Positions 54,706-55,534 of a stretch of DNA of 55,534 bases are shown piece by piece. A model generated the notes under the pieces. It saw nothing but the letters and a program-made list of their open reading frames with translations. It did no database searches and had not been told where the DNA came from. The DNA comes from a virus. Taxonomy: Duplodnaviria; Caudoviricetes. The stretch lies in the IMG/VR virus record IMGVR_UViG_3300014613_000031, positions 1-55,534 of that record; one strand, written 5' to 3'. Each line of letters opens with the position of its first letter. The stretch's first letter is position 1. A program made the position numbers and the translations under genes.

Positions 54706-55254
54706 CTATAAATCTAATTTTTTGGTTCTTGATGACCTACTACCTCTTGTCTCTTTACGCAAATCATCCCTTGCCTTCTCCCTACTGGCAAGTTCCTCTG
54801 ACAACACAGGGGCCACCGAGCTATAATATCCTCCTTTCCACAGCTCCCCTTCTCCCTTGAGCAATTCCTTCCTTTGCTCAAATGATTTCATTATCCCTTC
54901 CAATACATGGGACAGGGCATACACCTTATTTGCATGATCCTCCTTCTCCCTAACCTTCTCATTACCATTGATCACATCCTTGACAGATGTCTCCGTGGGC
55001 TTCTTATCAAGTCCGTAAATTTCAGGTGAAGCTTTAATTTTCAAAGATAACTCCGACCGAGCCCGCTCAACCTCCTTATCCACCTGCTTGCGAGCCGCAA
55101 GTGACTGGCCATAAAACTTAGCCCACTTCTTGTAAAGCTCCGGCTGTGTAATGAATTCCTCATCAAGCCTGTACTTGTTGAATGGAAGTTCCTTATCACT
55201 CCACCCATCATAATAGGCTACGCTTGCTTCTGGGTTAAAATCTTCTGTACTCAT
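54706..55254 (-). CDS. UvsY-like recombination mediator
   Basis: LDEEF..QP.LY..W, KPTE, SFEQRK..L......GYYS; beside SSB and RecA. Confidence 0.6.
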   Translation of the reverse strand: MSTEDFNPEASVAYYDGWSDKELPFNKYRLDEEFITQPELYKKWAKFYGQSLAARKQVDKEVERARSELSLKIKASPEIYGLDKKPTETSVKDVINGNEKVREKEDHANKVYALSHVLEGIMKSFEQRKELLKGEGELWKGGYYSSVAPVLSEELASREKARDDLRKETRGSRSSRTKKLDL

Positions 55255-55270
55255 AACTCAACTCCTTTAC

Positions 55271-55300
55271 CCTTATTATAGAATATTTTTTTATTTTTTT
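55271..55300 (-). promoter_or_regulatory. variant phage promoter copy
   Basis: A-tract...ATATTCTATAATAAGG then a GGAG RBS. Confidence 0.55.
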
Positions 55301-55311
55301 AAATTTTTTCT

Positions 55312-55533
55312 TTAAAAAATAAAGCCTTTAAGAACTTTCCCATCCACTTCTCTTTCTGCTCTTTTTAAATTTTTTATGGCCTCAAAAAAATAACTTTTCT
55401 TCAATTCCACCCCAAGCCCCTTCCTCCCCATCTTAACAGCCATATAAAGCTCACTGCCTATTCCAGCAAAGGGACTAAACACCACATCACCAGGTCTCGT
55501 CCACAACTCCAAACAACGCTCAATTACATCCAA
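55312..55533 (-). CDS. C-terminal end of an N6/N4 DNA methyltransferase (partial)
   Basis: PGDVVFSPFAGIGSE...GLGVELK..YF. Confidence 0.85.
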   Translation of the reverse strand: MDVIERCLELWTRPGDVVFSPFAGIGSELYMAVKMGRKGLGVELKKSYFFEAIKNLKRAEREVDGKVLKGFIF

Positions 55534-55534
55534 C

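Noticed and set aside
878-54860. Numerous plus-strand ORFs in the track
   Set aside because: Almost all are antisense shadows of well-supported minus-strand genes, and none shows recognisable motifs.
1-55534. Alternative genetic code or stop-codon recoding
   Set aside because: Conserved genes are full length and tile densely under the standard code; the only tRNA is Gly(TCC), not a suppressor.

Overview
A 55.5-kb segment of a large tailed dsDNA phage (Caudoviricetes); essentially every real gene is on the minus strand. In transcription order (right to left): (1) a DNA methyltransferase end and a T4-like recombination module (UvsY-like, gp32-like SSB, RecA/UvsX, FEN/RNase H, Mre11, and a Rad50 split into two genes); (2) tRNA-Gly(TCC); (3) a ~19-kb sugar and modification block with a near-complete nonulosonic (pseudaminic-type) acid pathway (PseB, PseC, PseH, NeuB/PseI, NeuA/PseF), RmlB, a PIG-L-family enzyme, a GT4, a two-gene GT-B transferase, two B12-dependent radical SAM enzymes and a VWA plus divergent PurA pair; (4) many small accessory genes, some joined by a repeated junction motif; (5) the packaging and head module (candidate TerS, GT2, TerL, portal, MuF, protease/scaffold, two decoration paralogs, major capsid protein). 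The most striking feature is the MuF head-morphogenesis gene. It is broken into two genes by a naturally split intein (87-aa IntN, 38-aa IntC) with a degenerate HNH gene between them, and it carries a second cis intein. After splicing it would deliver a multi-enzyme cargo (ADP-ribosyltransferase, PD-(D/E)xK nuclease, two zincin peptidases, ParB/Srx domain), followed by three small candidate immunity genes. All assignments come from motif recognition by eye; no database searches were run.
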